Assembly: GCA_963666275.2 (NCBI GenBank)
Contig: CAXXOA010000001.1
Coordinates: forward strand, 608,001-672,000
Length of the DNA: 64,000 bases
Source: Oceanispirochaeta sp.
GTDB taxonomy: Bacteria > Spirochaetota > Spirochaetia > DSM-2461
Direction of reading: 5' to 3'
The notes under the pieces were generated by a model. The model saw only the letters and a program-made list of their open reading frames with translations. It was not told where the DNA came from and did not search any database. Positions 54,396 to 64,000 of the stretch are shown here, piece after piece. Numbering within the stretch: position 1 is the stretch's first letter; each line of letters starts with the position of its first letter. Made by a program: the position numbers and the translations under genes.

Positions 54396-54842
54396 TTAAA
54401 GAAGATGTTCAGTTTCTTTGCGGAATAGATCTAAATATTTTTGAGAGCTTAGTATTAGACTTTTTCTCTCATCCTCGGTCATTCTTTTCCATGTGCGTTC
54501 TTCAAATTGAAATACAATTGCTATGAACTCATTAGCATAATTCTGACCAGATTCGGTTAATTCAATGATTTTACTTCTTTTATCACGTTCAGATTTTTTC
54601 AGAGTAATGAATCCAGCTTTCTCGATTTCTTTGAGAGCACTATTTACGGTTTGCTTACTCATAGACCATTGATCACATATATCCTTCTGAGTAATGTGGT
54701 CGTTCATTTCATATATTGCGTAGAAAACCCAATAGCCGCTTTCTGAAAGATTACTTCTTTGGGCAAGCTTTTTGTAAACGGCATCAGTTTGTTTCCAGAT
54801 AGAAAAGTATTCCTGCAACTGACAATGCAATTCCTGAGTCAT
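54396..54842 (-). CDS. MarR-family regulator
   Basis: TQKDI...SKQTV and DKRSK..LTESG. Confidence 0.92.
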   Translation of the reverse strand: MTQELHCQLQEYFSIWKQTDAVYKKLAQRSNLSESGYWVFYAIYEMNDHITQKDICDQWSMSKQTVNSALKEIEKAGFITLKKSERDKRSKIIELTESGQNYANEFIAIVFQFEERTWKRMTEDERKSLILSSQKYLDLFRKETEHLL

Positions 54843-54858
54843 TTTTTACCTCACAAAA

Positions 54859-54874
54859 AGTCCGAAATCGGACT
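54859..54874. promoter_or_regulatory. Candidate MarR operator
   Basis: Perfect palindrome AGTCCGA-aa-TCGGACT, 16 bp upstream of the marR start. Confidence 0.6.
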
Positions 54875-55023
54875 ATATTAGAAAAGAAACTCAATTTCCT
54901 GTCAAGCGCGATGGAATGACTTTGCAATAAAAAAATATTTTTTTGTATTAGAACGATAACGATGATGAAGCACGTAAAATCTTTTTTCTCTACTGGGGAT
55001 TCCACGTATCTATGAGTTAATGG

Positions 55024-55153
55024 AGAAATCTAGCTCACTTCCAACCTGTCCCATCATCGGAACTGAATCTGGAGAGATTGCTATATTACCGGTATATGGG
55101 ATATCTGTTGCAAAGACCACTCTCTCGGCTTCTCTGTAGGATGGTTATGAGAG
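55024..55153 (+). repeat. Intergenic repeat family copy
   Basis: AGAAATCTAGCTCACTTCCAACCTGTCCCATCATCGGAACTGAATCTGGAGAGATTGCTATATTACCGG. Confidence 0.88.
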
Positions 55154-55353
55154 ACCAAAGTGATGGATATCACGGTTAGTTTAGGACAGTGATGCCAGCA
55201 TTGATGCTTTTTTGAAATTCTTCCGGTCCTGGAATGGTGAAGGATTTCGCTATTCTTATATGCTAATTGGATAATCCGCTTTATTTATTCTATCTGAAAT
55301 GATATCAATTGAAGAGTAGTATAAAATTCTACGATTATGGTAATGGGGACCCT

Positions 55354-56154
55354 ATGGAACTGATAAAAAAAAGAATAGTGATAAAAGTTGGAACCTCTAC
55401 ACTTACTAATGAAAGTGGTGAAAAGAAATTACGATCCTTTGATCAATTGGCACGAGTCATCTCTGATTTGAATAATGCAGGTTATGAAACAATTCTTGTT
55501 TCATCTGGTGCTATAGCTGTAGGGGTCAATAAACTTCAGATGAAAGAACGTCCTCGGGAAATGCGGTTGAAACAGGCTTCTGCAGCGGTTGGGCAAAGTC
55601 GTATAATGAACCTTTACAGTAAGTTCTTTAACGATTATGACAAGATTGTCGCACAAATACTCCTTAATGCAGATGATATAAAACATGAAGAAAAGAAAGA
55701 GAACCTTATCAATACATTCGATTCTTTGCTTGAATTGGGTGTAATTCCCATCGTCAATGAAAACGACTCTGTAAGTTACACAGAAATTGAATCAGAAGAC
55801 AAAATTTTTGGTGATAACGATATGCTTTCGGCAGTTGTAGCTGTCCTATGTAGGGCAGAGATGCTCGTTATCTTTTCCGATATAGACGGATTTTATGATA
55901 AAGATCCCCGTCTTTATGCTGATGCGAAACTGATAGAGTGCATTTCTTGCATTGATGAAGAAATCATATCATTGGCTGGAGGAGCCGGTTCCCGTAGAGG
56001 AACTGGAGGGATGAAGACAAAAATCCAAGCAGCAACTCTCGCTACTAAACAGGGCATTGATACTATCATCACAAATGGAAAAAATTCTGCATCTCTTTAC
56101 GATATTATTGATGGTAAAAAAGTGGGAACATTGTTCAGCGGACAACAAATGTAA
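55354..56154 (+). CDS. proB: Glutamate 5-kinase (no PUA domain)
   Basis: VIKVGTS, VSSGAI, NEND, FGDND and GTGGM.TK. Confidence 0.93.
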   Translation: MELIKKRIVIKVGTSTLTNESGEKKLRSFDQLARVISDLNNAGYETILVSSGAIAVGVNKLQMKERPREMRLKQASAAVGQSRIMNLYSKFFNDYDKIVAQILLNADDIKHEEKKENLINTFDSLLELGVIPIVNENDSVSYTEIESEDKIFGDNDMLSAVVAVLCRAEMLVIFSDIDGFYDKDPRLYADAKLIECISCIDEEIISLAGGAGSRRGTGGMKTKIQAATLATKQGIDTIITNGKNSASLYDIIDGKKVGTLFSGQQM

Positions 56155-56196
56155 TTCAAGAATTAAACATCTGCATTCTGTTCGTATTTGAATGCG

Positions 56197-56343
56197 ATAT
56201 CGATGTTCAACTGCAACCTGTCCCCTAATCAGAACTGAATGTGGAGAGATTACTACATTACAGGCTCAGTTCTCTTCAAAACCACACTATAATGAAAGCT
56301 GCTAAGAGGTTCAGAGTTTAAACCCTACATAAACAACAGTGCC
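56197..56343 (+). repeat. Intergenic repeat family, long copy forming the island's right boundary
   Basis: Aligns with 38128-38279; ends ...AACAACAGTGCC directly at recQ sequence. Confidence 0.9.
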
Positions 56344-56702
56344 GGGTTGGTCAGAAGGACCCGGGCTTTTCCCGAATGCACCTGATCCCAGAGTGTTTTT
56401 TTTCAACCCGGCTCATACCCCCTTTGAGCAGAACCCCCTCTATTCTGGCTTCCTTCACCCGGCACAGCTGGTCGGCCATCAGCCCTAGCAGGGGAAAGAC
56501 CACCACCGTGAGTCCCGGCAGCAGAAAGGCGGGGAGCATAAAGCAGAGGCTCTTGCCTGCTCCCGTGGGGAGGAGCACAATCTGATTGGGCGGGGCTTCG
56601 GCTGCCTCCTCTTCGGTGAAAAGCCCGGATTTGCGGAGGATATTGCTTATGACAAGGCGCTGGTAGGAGAAGAGGTAGGTTATGTGGAAATTTTCGTATG
56701 CG

Positions 56703-58274
56703 TCAAATAAACACAGGCCCTTTATCAGCCGTAATGTTATCTTTTAAATTCCATGGTAATAATTCTTCCCATTCTTGTTCATTATTGATGAACGGAGCTT
56801 TAGAGAAAACATAATGCAGATAATCAAAGGGATTCAAGTTATTTTGTTTTGCAGTCTCAATCAGAGAATACATCCCGCAGGAACTGTCTGCCCCTTTGGG
56901 ATTCCCGGAAAATAGCCAGTTTTTCCTCCCCAGAACAAAAGGACGAATAGCATTTTCACTGGCATTATTATCCGGAGTCAGATAGGGGCTTTCCAGATAT
57001 CGAATCAAATAATCCCATTGATTCAATGCATAGTGAACCGCTTTTCCCAAAGCACTTTCCGGTAGAATATTCTCAGAACGTTTATCCAGCCATCGTTTAA
57101 ATGCATCAAGAATAGGCTCAGCCTTGCTTTTCCGTTGTTCCTGGAACTCTTCAGGAGATAATTTCTTACTCCTTAGATCATTTTCCAAGGCATAGAGCTT
57201 CTTGATATGCTTGATTCCTTCCAGAGCACTTTTAGATTTTTTACTGGCTTTATCAGCCTCAAAGAACTTCCTTCTGGCATGTGCAAAGCAGCCTACCAGA
57301 TGTATATCGGGATTGCCTTCTACCGCGGTTTTGTATCCTTGATATCCATCGGTTTGCAGATACCCTTTAAAACTAGTGAGAAAATTCTTTGCATATTCCG
57401 ATGCCCGTGTTGGATGGTACTCATAATAAACAGCTTGTTGTCCCGGAGGACCGCCTCTGGACAGCCACATATAGGATTTCTGTTTGTTATCCCGACCTGG
57501 TTCATTCAGAACCTGTACGGTTGTTTCATCCATTTGGATCACCGAACCGGATTTTATGTGGGTTTTCAGCAGTTCAAAGAGAGGGAGAAGAGCTTCATAA
57601 GCCTTTTTCTGCCAATTACTCATATTCTGACGGCTGATTCGGGCTCCCATACGCTCAAACCGCTTTTCCTGTCGGTAAAAAGGAAGATGGTCTACGTACT
57701 TGTTTACCATCAGAAATGCCAACAGACCGGGAGTGACAATCCCTTTGGGGATAATGGTAGGCTCCGGAGGGGCAATCTTTACAGCAGGAACATCTTCATC
57801 GGCGGTTCCTTCGCAATTACCACAGGCATATTTTAACCGGACAATCCGTTCTACCCAGATACGGGGAGGGATCACATGCAGTTTCTCAGAGATTTCTTCT
57901 CCGATTTTTTTCAGTTCTGTTCCGCAGGCACAGTTTTTTTCATCTTCAGGAATATCAATAATCCGTTCTTTGCGGGGAAGGTTCTCATCCAGAGGCTTTC
58001 TGCCTGTTTTCTTACGCTTGTAAGAATCTATTTGCTGTTCTTCCGAACAGTCTTCCTCAGGAGTCACAGCTTCATCTGTATCAAATAATTCAATCTGATC
58101 AGGAATATTTTCTGCTCTTCGACCGAATTGACGATGCAAAGCCAAAGCCAACTTCTCTTCAAGAAGCTGATATTTCTTTTCCCAGTTCTGATTCTGGGCT
58201 TCTGATTCAGCAAGTTGCTTTTTCAGAGATAAAAATTCTCTTTGTGCTTCCAACGGAAGAGAAGAAATATCCAT
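56703..58274 (-). CDS. tnpC: IS66 transposase TnpC
   Basis: [21 protein letters not shown] and GRKNWLF. Confidence 0.95.
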   Translation of the reverse strand: MDISSLPLEAQREFLSLKKQLAESEAQNQNWEKKYQLLEEKLALALHRQFGRRAENIPDQIELFDTDEAVTPEEDCSEEQQIDSYKRKKTGRKPLDENLPRKERIIDIPEDEKNCACGTELKKIGEEISEKLHVIPPRIWVERIVRLKYACGNCEGTADEDVPAVKIAPPEPTIIPKGIVTPGLLAFLMVNKYVDHLPFYRQEKRFERMGARISRQNMSNWQKKAYEALLPLFELLKTHIKSGSVIQMDETTVQVLNEPGRDNKQKSYMWLSRGGPPGQQAVYYEYHPTRASEYAKNFLTSFKGYLQTDGYQGYKTAVEGNPDIHLVGCFAHARRKFFEADKASKKSKSALEGIKHIKKLYALENDLRSKKLSPEEFQEQRKSKAEPILDAFKRWLDKRSENILPESALGKAVHYALNQWDYLIRYLESPYLTPDNNASENAIRPFVLGRKNWLFSGNPKGADSSCGMYSLIETAKQNNLNPFDYLHYVFSKAPFINNEQEWEELLPWNLKDNITADKGPVFI

Positions 58275-58315
58275 AAGAGAATTTTAGCAAAGACAGGAAT
58301 TTGAGTAAATTCCTT

Positions 58316-58663
58316 TCAGGCAATTTCTGAATATTTTAATGTTTCGTGGGCTTTCCAGAAATCTATGCCCTTCAGAAGCATAGAGAGTTCTTCAAAGCTG
58401 ATGGCTTTAGCAGCTTCTTCCGTATCTGGCCAGGGGAAGCGGTGCTTCTCCAGACGCTTCTGCCAGAGGCAGAAGCCTGTCTGATCCCAGTAAAGGGCTT
58501 TCAGAATCCGTCTCTGTTTATTACAGAACATAAAAAGAGAGCCGCAAAAAGGATCAAGAGACATTTCATCCTGAACTTCTACCGCCAAACCATTAATAGC
58601 TTTCCGCATATCGGTAACACCGGGTCGGATAAATATCGTGATTTGAGAGAAATCCTTAATCAT
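58316..58663 (-). CDS. tnpB: IS66 accessory protein TnpB
   Basis: TDMRKAINGL and KRLE..RFPWP. Confidence 0.95.
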   Translation of the reverse strand: MIKDFSQITIFIRPGVTDMRKAINGLAVEVQDEMSLDPFCGSLFMFCNKQRRILKALYWDQTGFCLWQKRLEKHRFPWPDTEEAAKAISFEELSMLLKGIDFWKAHETLKYSEIA

Positions 58664-58958
58664 TGCACTGTTCCAAGGTCTGAAGCAGTTTTTTCAATGT
58701 GATTGTATCAAAGTTCCGATCCAGTTTTATCCGGTAGCCATTCCATTGTAACTCAATGGATGAGCCTTTGACTGTTTCCTTGGGCAATTTAACAGGAACT
58801 TCAACCAAGGATGGAGTTTTACGGTCATACCGCTTTTGCCATCCGTGGAAAGTCGTTGTTTTCAGTTTTTTATCCCGGCAGAACTGACTTACAGATTTTC
58901 CGGACTGTTTCCACTCTGCCAAAAGAGCGTAGCGCTGATCCATTGTGTATTGTTTCAT
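58656..58958 (-). CDS. tnpA: IS66 accessory protein TnpA
   Basis: WKQSGKSVSQFC HTH; position within the element. Confidence 0.88.
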   Translation of the reverse strand: MKQYTMDQRYALLAEWKQSGKSVSQFCRDKKLKTTTFHGWQKRYDRKTPSLVEVPVKLPKETVKGSSIELQWNGYRIKLDRNFDTITLKKLLQTLEQCND

Positions 58959-59341
58959 AGTAATTCTCCTGATGGAGATTGTACCGGGATGACTGGGAGA
59001 TTTTTAGATGCGGTTTATTTGACGCTTACAAATTTTCCCGGGTGGTTTTGGTTATCATGTCCATATGGGACATTACGGTCGGGATGTATGTATTGCTTCA
59101 AATCTCAGGAATCCAAAAAGCTGTATTCAGAGTGCCGCTGCAGCATTTCTGAAGCTAGAATCTCCGATTTCGCCAGAAGAAATATCAGGGTTTTTTATTA
59201 ATTAACCATCTTATTCCTGCAGAATAACATAAGCCGCCCCCATTTAATCCCTATTTGACAGAGCTACTCTCAGGGAACTAAAATTCAGAATGATTTAAAA
59301 AAAATATTTAACACATAAGATTTTATTAAAGGATAGGGTTT

Positions 59342-61441
59342 ATGAAGTTTTCCTCTTTGAAGATCGGTCAGAAAATCAATCTGATCATGTCCCTTACGGT
59401 GATTCTCTCTCTTTCAATTTTTTACATGTATATCCGTACCACTACCTTGAATCTGGCGAACAACGATGCCCGGGTGATCGCGGGAGAGTATGCCCGGCAT
59501 TACGGGCAGGTCGTGAAAGAGATCTTTTCCATTACTTTGAGTGAAACCTCCGCCATGGCGGATGCCATGGAATCCCTGGCCGCATCGCAGAGCCCCTCCC
59601 GGGAAACAGCCACAGCTATGCTGAAACAGTGGTATGACCGGGGAAAAAACGAAAGCCGTATCTATGATACCTGGGTTACCTTTGAACCAGGGACTTTCGA
59701 CGGGAATGATGAGGACTATGCCGGAAGCGAACGCTACGGAGAAACAGGACAGTACAGTGCCTGGATACTGGGAAACGATGTCTATGTGAATGTTCCTTCG
59801 GGGGATCCGGAAATCGATATCTGGTATACCGGCGCCCGGGACAGGAAAAGGATTACAGTTTCAGACTTTTTCGAGTTTGAATATCCCGATGGAATCCAGA
59901 CAGTTGTGGCCATATCCAAGCCCCTGTATGATTCCCGGGGCAGGCATCTAGGGGTAATAGGCTGTGACTTTGAAGTAGGGTCTATCCATGAAGAAATCGG
60001 AAATGTCCGGATTTATGATTCAGGTTTTCTGACTCTTGTATCCGATGGGGGGGGAATTGTTTCTACCAGAGATGAAAACGCTCTGGGTCAGAATTTCTCC
60101 GCCCTGCCCTGGATGACTGAAGACATTCAGGACCGCATTCAGAAGGGAGAAGCCTTTGATTTCACTTACAGTTCGGAACTTCTGAATGATAAAATTTTTG
60201 CTTCGGTCATTCCTCTTGAGTTCGGTCAAAGCGGAAATACCTGGCATATGATCGTAAATATTCCCGAATCGGAAATCAAAGCCGAGTCGATCCACATGAT
60301 GAGGAATATTCTGATTCTGGCTGTCCTGATGATCGCCCTGCTTGTTTTTATTCTCTCTCTGGTTTCCAGAAGTATTACCCTTCCTCTGGCAAAGGCTGTC
60401 TCTTTTGCCAATGATATTGCCGAGGGTTATCTCAAATCTTCCATGGAGAATACGCGTTCTGACGAGTTGGGACTCCTGGCTGATGCGCTCAATAATATGA
60501 AAGAGAATCTGGTCAGGATCATCTCAAATATAAAGAGCAGCACCGAACAGTTCCGGGCCGGCAGCGCTCAGCTGAACAGTTCGGCACTGCATATCTCCGA
60601 CGGAGCCGGTCATCAGGCTTCGGGAGTTGAAGAAATCTCTTCTAGTATGGAGCAGCTTACAGCTAATATTCAGAACAATTCCAGTAATGCCGCCCATTCC
60701 AATACCCTCGCGTCGGATGTTTCCCTGTCTGCAACTGAAGGGGGAGAAGCTGTAAATGAAACAGTACAGGCTATCAAGGATATTGCAGAAAAGATTGTGG
60801 TTATCGAAGAGATCGCCAGAAATACTAATCTTCTGGCCCTCAATGCGGCTATAGAAGCCGCCCGGGCCGGAGAGGCGGGAAAAGGATTCGCCGTTGTTGC
60901 TTCAGAGGTTAGGAAACTGGCGGAAAACAGCGCCCGGGCTGCATCGGATATCACTACCATAGCCAGAGAAAATGTGGCCAAAGCGGAAAATGCGGGACGT
61001 ATCATTAGTGATATGGTTCCGAAAATAGCAAAAACAGCTGAGCTTATAGAAGAAATATCCGCTTCCAGCCGGGAGCAGAGTAACGGAGCCGAACAGGTTA
61101 ATCAGTCCATTCTTGAAATGAACCAGGTTGTTCAGAAAAACGTGAATGTTTCGGAAGAGATGGCGGGGATGTCAGAGGAGCTGGACTCCCAGGCCCAGAT
61201 TCTGATAGATATGATTGCTTTTTTTAAGGTTGAACACCAATCTGGAGGGGCAAAAGCCCTGGAGCAGGACGGTAGAAATCAACAGGGAATTCCTGAAAAA
61301 CAGAATATGCGCGCAAAAGAAGCGAAAGAGATCCCGCAAGACTCTCCCAGGAGAATTGAAATCAAACCGGCATCCTCGTCTCAGGGGCTCAAGAAAACAG
61401 AAAAGGATAATCTGAAAGATGAGGACTTTGAGGAATTCTGA
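59342..61441 (+). CDS. Methyl-accepting chemotaxis protein (Cache-HAMP-MA)
   Basis: Two TM helices; [27 protein letters not shown]-terminal pentapeptide DFEEF. Confidence 0.95.
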   Translation: MKFSSLKIGQKINLIMSLTVILSLSIFYMYIRTTTLNLANNDARVIAGEYARHYGQVVKEIFSITLSETSAMADAMESLAASQSPSRETATAMLKQWYDRGKNESRIYDTWVTFEPGTFDGNDEDYAGSERYGETGQYSAWILGNDVYVNVPSGDPEIDIWYTGARDRKRITVSDFFEFEYPDGIQTVVAISKPLYDSRGRHLGVIGCDFEVGSIHEEIGNVRIYDSGFLTLVSDGGGIVSTRDENALGQNFSALPWMTEDIQDRIQKGEAFDFTYSSELLNDKIFASVIPLEFGQSGNTWHMIVNIPESEIKAESIHMMRNILILAVLMIALLVFILSLVSRSITLPLAKAVSFANDIAEGYLKSSMENTRSDELGLLADALNNMKENLVRIISNIKSSTEQFRAGSAQLNSSALHISDGAGHQASGVEEISSSMEQLTANIQNNSSNAAHSNTLASDVSLSATEGGEAVNETVQAIKDIAEKIVVIEEIARNTNLLALNAAIEAARAGEAGKGFAVVASEVRKLAENSARAASDITTIARENVAKAENAGRIISDMVPKIAKTAELIEEISASSREQSNGAEQVNQSILEMNQVVQKNVNVSEEMAGMSEELDSQAQILIDMIAFFKVEHQSGGAKALEQDGRNQQGIPEKQNMRAKEAKEIPQDSPRRIEIKPASSSQGLKKTEKDNLKDEDFEEF

Positions 61442-61496
61442 ATCATTCCTGCCGGGTGCATGGTCTGCGGTTTATGAAAGGTTATAAAAAAACAAA

Positions 61497-61520
61497 CAGG
61501 GGGAGCCCAGGCACCCCCTG
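61497..61520. terminator. Terminator between convergent genes
   Basis: CAGGGGG...CCCCCTG with an A-rich left flank. Confidence 0.6.
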
Positions 61521-61533
61521 AAAATCATCTAAC

Positions 61534-62997
61534 TTATTTCAAAATATCTTCCGCCGCAGTCTCACCCGCAAGACGTCCGATAACAAAAGCTACAGTGAGT
61601 CCCTGACCCATCTGGTTGGCCGTCTCTCCGCCGATGTAGAGGCCTTCAATCGCCGAGCCGTCTTCTCTTAGAGCCCGGGCTTCCAGATCGATCATTACGC
61701 CCCCTCTTGTCTGCTGACTGGCAGGGGATATCTTGGCACCGTAGTAGGTGGGAGTATCTATCCTGCTGAACATAGAGGCTTTTCTGCCGTACTCGGAATC
61801 CACACCCGCATCAAAGGATGTGCGGTAGGTTGCAACAGATTCCACCAGTGCGGCGCTGTCTATATTCAGAGCTTCTCCAAGCTCCTCCAGGGTTTCGGCC
61901 TGGGTAAAATAGCCCGCCTCTTTGTACTCCTGCATCAACGCGGCTCTGTCCACAGACACCTGGTCGAAAATCAGGTAGGCATTGCCGTCGGTCTGTTCGG
62001 TAATGGTTTTTCCAAGAATAGAGGTAGCCGAAAGTTCGTCTACAAATCTGTTTCCCTCTTTGTTTACCAGGATAGCTCCGTTGTACCGGGCGTTGGTCAG
62101 GGAAATCGCTCCGTTACCTGTATCGTAGGCTACTGTCTGGGGACCGGCGTTGTCCATATTTCCCAGGGCGGCACCGACTTTCAGAGCCATTCTGATGCCG
62201 TCGCCGGTTGCGCCGGGGCTGGCTGTTGAGGGGTAGCCTGCCCACTGGGGTGTGTATTTGGCAACCATTTCGGGGTTGGAGGCAAAACTTCCTGTAGCCA
62301 GGACTACAGCTTCCGCATGAATCTCATACTCTTCGGTTCCGTTGTCAACGATAACACCCACCACTTTATCGCCGTCCATGATCAGGTCGGTGACATTGCT
62401 GTTTTTCCGGTAGTCGATTCCTGCATCTTCCAGGTTTTTCACAAGTACGGGAACAAGCATTTTTCCCATGGCGCTGCCGTCGGAAGTGATATGCTGGGAA
62501 CCATTAATCACTGTCCCCAGATCCGCACCCATTCCAATAAGCCAATCCACCATTTTTCCGGAAAGGATAGCCAGATTCTTGAGAGAGGGATCGTCCACAT
62601 CTTTGTTTCCTACAAGTTTTCTGTAATAGTCTCTGGCTGTGTAGGTCCCGTCAGCACTCGGCTCATCTGATTCAGAGGCTCCGGAGGTAGCATCGGTATT
62701 GGCATCGGCCGCATAGGCCTCTCCCTTCATCTGAACTGAGCTTCCTCCGGCGTTAACAGCCGTCGAGGCATACAGAGTGGTACCGCCCATTTCGGAAAGC
62801 TTTTCCAGAAGGATCACATCCACATCTTTTGAATTCGCAGCCAGAGCAGCGGCCATACCGGCTCCACCCCCACCGACCACAACAATATCTGTGGTCTCGT
62901 TGCCTTTGGCATTTGTGCTTCCCTTCTCTGATAAACAGCTTGTCAGCAGTGTGAGAACAAGAAGAAAAGGCAGAAACAGTTTCTTCATTTTCATCAT
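61534..62997 (-). CDS. Lipoprotein FAD-dependent reductase (flavocytochrome c / fumarate-reductase flavin-domain superfamily)
   Basis: Lipobox LTSC; VVGGGGAG, LATG, TGDG, GNRFVDE and GLYIGGE. Confidence 0.85.
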   Translation of the reverse strand: MMKMKKLFLPFLLVLTLLTSCLSEKGSTNAKGNETTDIVVVGGGGAGMAAALAANSKDVDVILLEKLSEMGGTTLYASTAVNAGGSSVQMKGEAYAADANTDATSGASESDEPSADGTYTARDYYRKLVGNKDVDDPSLKNLAILSGKMVDWLIGMGADLGTVINGSQHITSDGSAMGKMLVPVLVKNLEDAGIDYRKNSNVTDLIMDGDKVVGVIVDNGTEEYEIHAEAVVLATGSFASNPEMVAKYTPQWAGYPSTASPGATGDGIRMALKVGAALGNMDNAGPQTVAYDTGNGAISLTNARYNGAILVNKEGNRFVDELSATSILGKTITEQTDGNAYLIFDQVSVDRAALMQEYKEAGYFTQAETLEELGEALNIDSAALVESVATYRTSFDAGVDSEYGRKASMFSRIDTPTYYGAKISPASQQTRGGVMIDLEARALREDGSAIEGLYIGGETANQMGQGLTVAFVIGRLAGETAAEDILK

Positions 62998-63116
62998 ATA
63001 ACGACTCCATTTGTTATTAAAAATATCGATAAGATATTACCGAATGGTGGAGGGGATGGATATTCCAAAGATCGGAATTCCTTCATCAAAACGGAACTAT
63101 AGACCCTTTTTGCGTC

Positions 63117-64000
63117 ATGTATTATCTTTTTGATGAGAAACATTTGTCAGGGGATAAGATTTTAATGGTCATAAATTCCGGAAGTTCTGATACAACGAGA
63201 CGATCGGAAACGAAAAAAAAGCTCTACAGTACCTACCGTTTACTCGACAATATTCTGTCCGGCATATCCCGGGATGTGGTGGAGTATGACAGAAAACTCC
63301 TGGAGGTGGAGTTCTCCTTTCGTTTTGATGACTGCCATATGCTGATCCTGGGGTACAAAAAAGCGTTTTTCCAGCAATTTACCCGGACCGATGCCACTAT
63401 GATGAAGTTCTCCGATGCCATGAAAGAGATCGTTGCCGAAGCGGCCCGGCGGTTAGAGATCTCCTACGATATACTGTATCTGAATCCTGACAAGTACTGG
63501 TGTCTCCTTTTCAGCTCCCCCAAGGGAAACCGGGAGGACCAGGCCCTTGTATTTTCCCGGGAACTGACAGAACGGTTTAATGATTTCTACCAGAGGAATA
63601 TGCCCGATCTGTTCGCCCGCTATCTGCACTGCAGTGCCCTGTCCGGTCCTATTCGCTCCTATAAGGATATCGCCGGAACCTGCGATTTACTGCGGCTCAG
63701 AAAGGAGCTCTCCTTCTTCTGTAATGAAACCTGTGTTCTCACAGATTCCTATATTGCTGAACAGTCGGGTCCCTACACCTATGATTCTCTGTCCAGCGAT
63801 ATTGAACAGTTCAGAACTCTTCTGCAGAAACGGGATGCCTCCCTGCCATCGCTGCTGGAGGAGCTCTGCCTGAAAAAATCAGAAGCTCCTTTGATTTTGA
63901 TCTATGCCGGGACTTTCTTTCCCTGATCAGGAATATCTTTCATGATATTCAGTTCAGTCTGCTTCCCGAGGATCGTCTCACACAGGATATCCATCTTGAG
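63117..64000 (+). CDS. Probable transcriptional regulator N-terminal part, apparently frameshifted at 63873-63878 and running off the window
   Basis: Divergent from the reductase gene. Adding one A to the A6 run gives ...LKKIRSSFDFDLCRDFLSLIRNIF..., open to the window end. Function is inferred from context. Confidence 0.4.

Larger units (their letters stand above)
56696..59029 (-). mobile_element. IS66-family insertion sequence (2334 bp)
   Basis: IRs GTATGCGTCAAATAAAC / GTAAGCGTCAAATAAAC; 8-bp TSD AAATTTTC at 56688-56695 and 59030-59037. Confidence 0.97.
56342..59064 (-). pseudogene. recQ: recQ 5' fragment, truncated by the island and interrupted by IS66
   Basis: [31 protein letters not shown]...[10 protein letters not shown]...LLTNP; also a 1-nt deletion in the T8 run near 56400. 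Confidence 0.92.

Overview
This is a bacterial chromosome segment, probably from a free-living spirochaete (inferred from the 'GAQE/NGQKD'-type solute-binding-protein leaders and gene content). GC-richer flanks (about 1-19,087 and 59,030-64,000) enclose a visibly AT-richer mosaic island (about 19,088-56,343). The left flank has two systems. (i) A putative exopolysaccharide locus: GH16-like hydrolase, STAS protein, PP2C-kinase, a triply degenerate MBL-GGDEF-REC protein, a HEAT-repeat processive GT2 and a membrane-anchored clan-A hydrolase. (ii) A complete sigma54 circuit, in which a soluble histidine kinase carrying an ABC-transporter ATPase domain as its input sits between an NtrC-type activator and a sugar ABC operon with a near-consensus -24/-12 promoter and palindromic enhancers. 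The island ends inside recQ. recQ 5' and flavoprotein 3' sequences occur twice as diverged copies (about 90% identical for the flavoprotein part), and the left junction is an in-frame chimeric gene. Island cargo includes sugar ABC and inositol genes, detoxification/redox genes, an RND-TCS-patatin module, MATE/MarR and proB. The cargo is punctuated by a same-orientation 60-150 bp repeat family, an unannotated tyrosine-recombinase remnant, and IS256, IS3, IS66 and IS481-like elements. No rRNA, tRNA or CRISPR array was seen.
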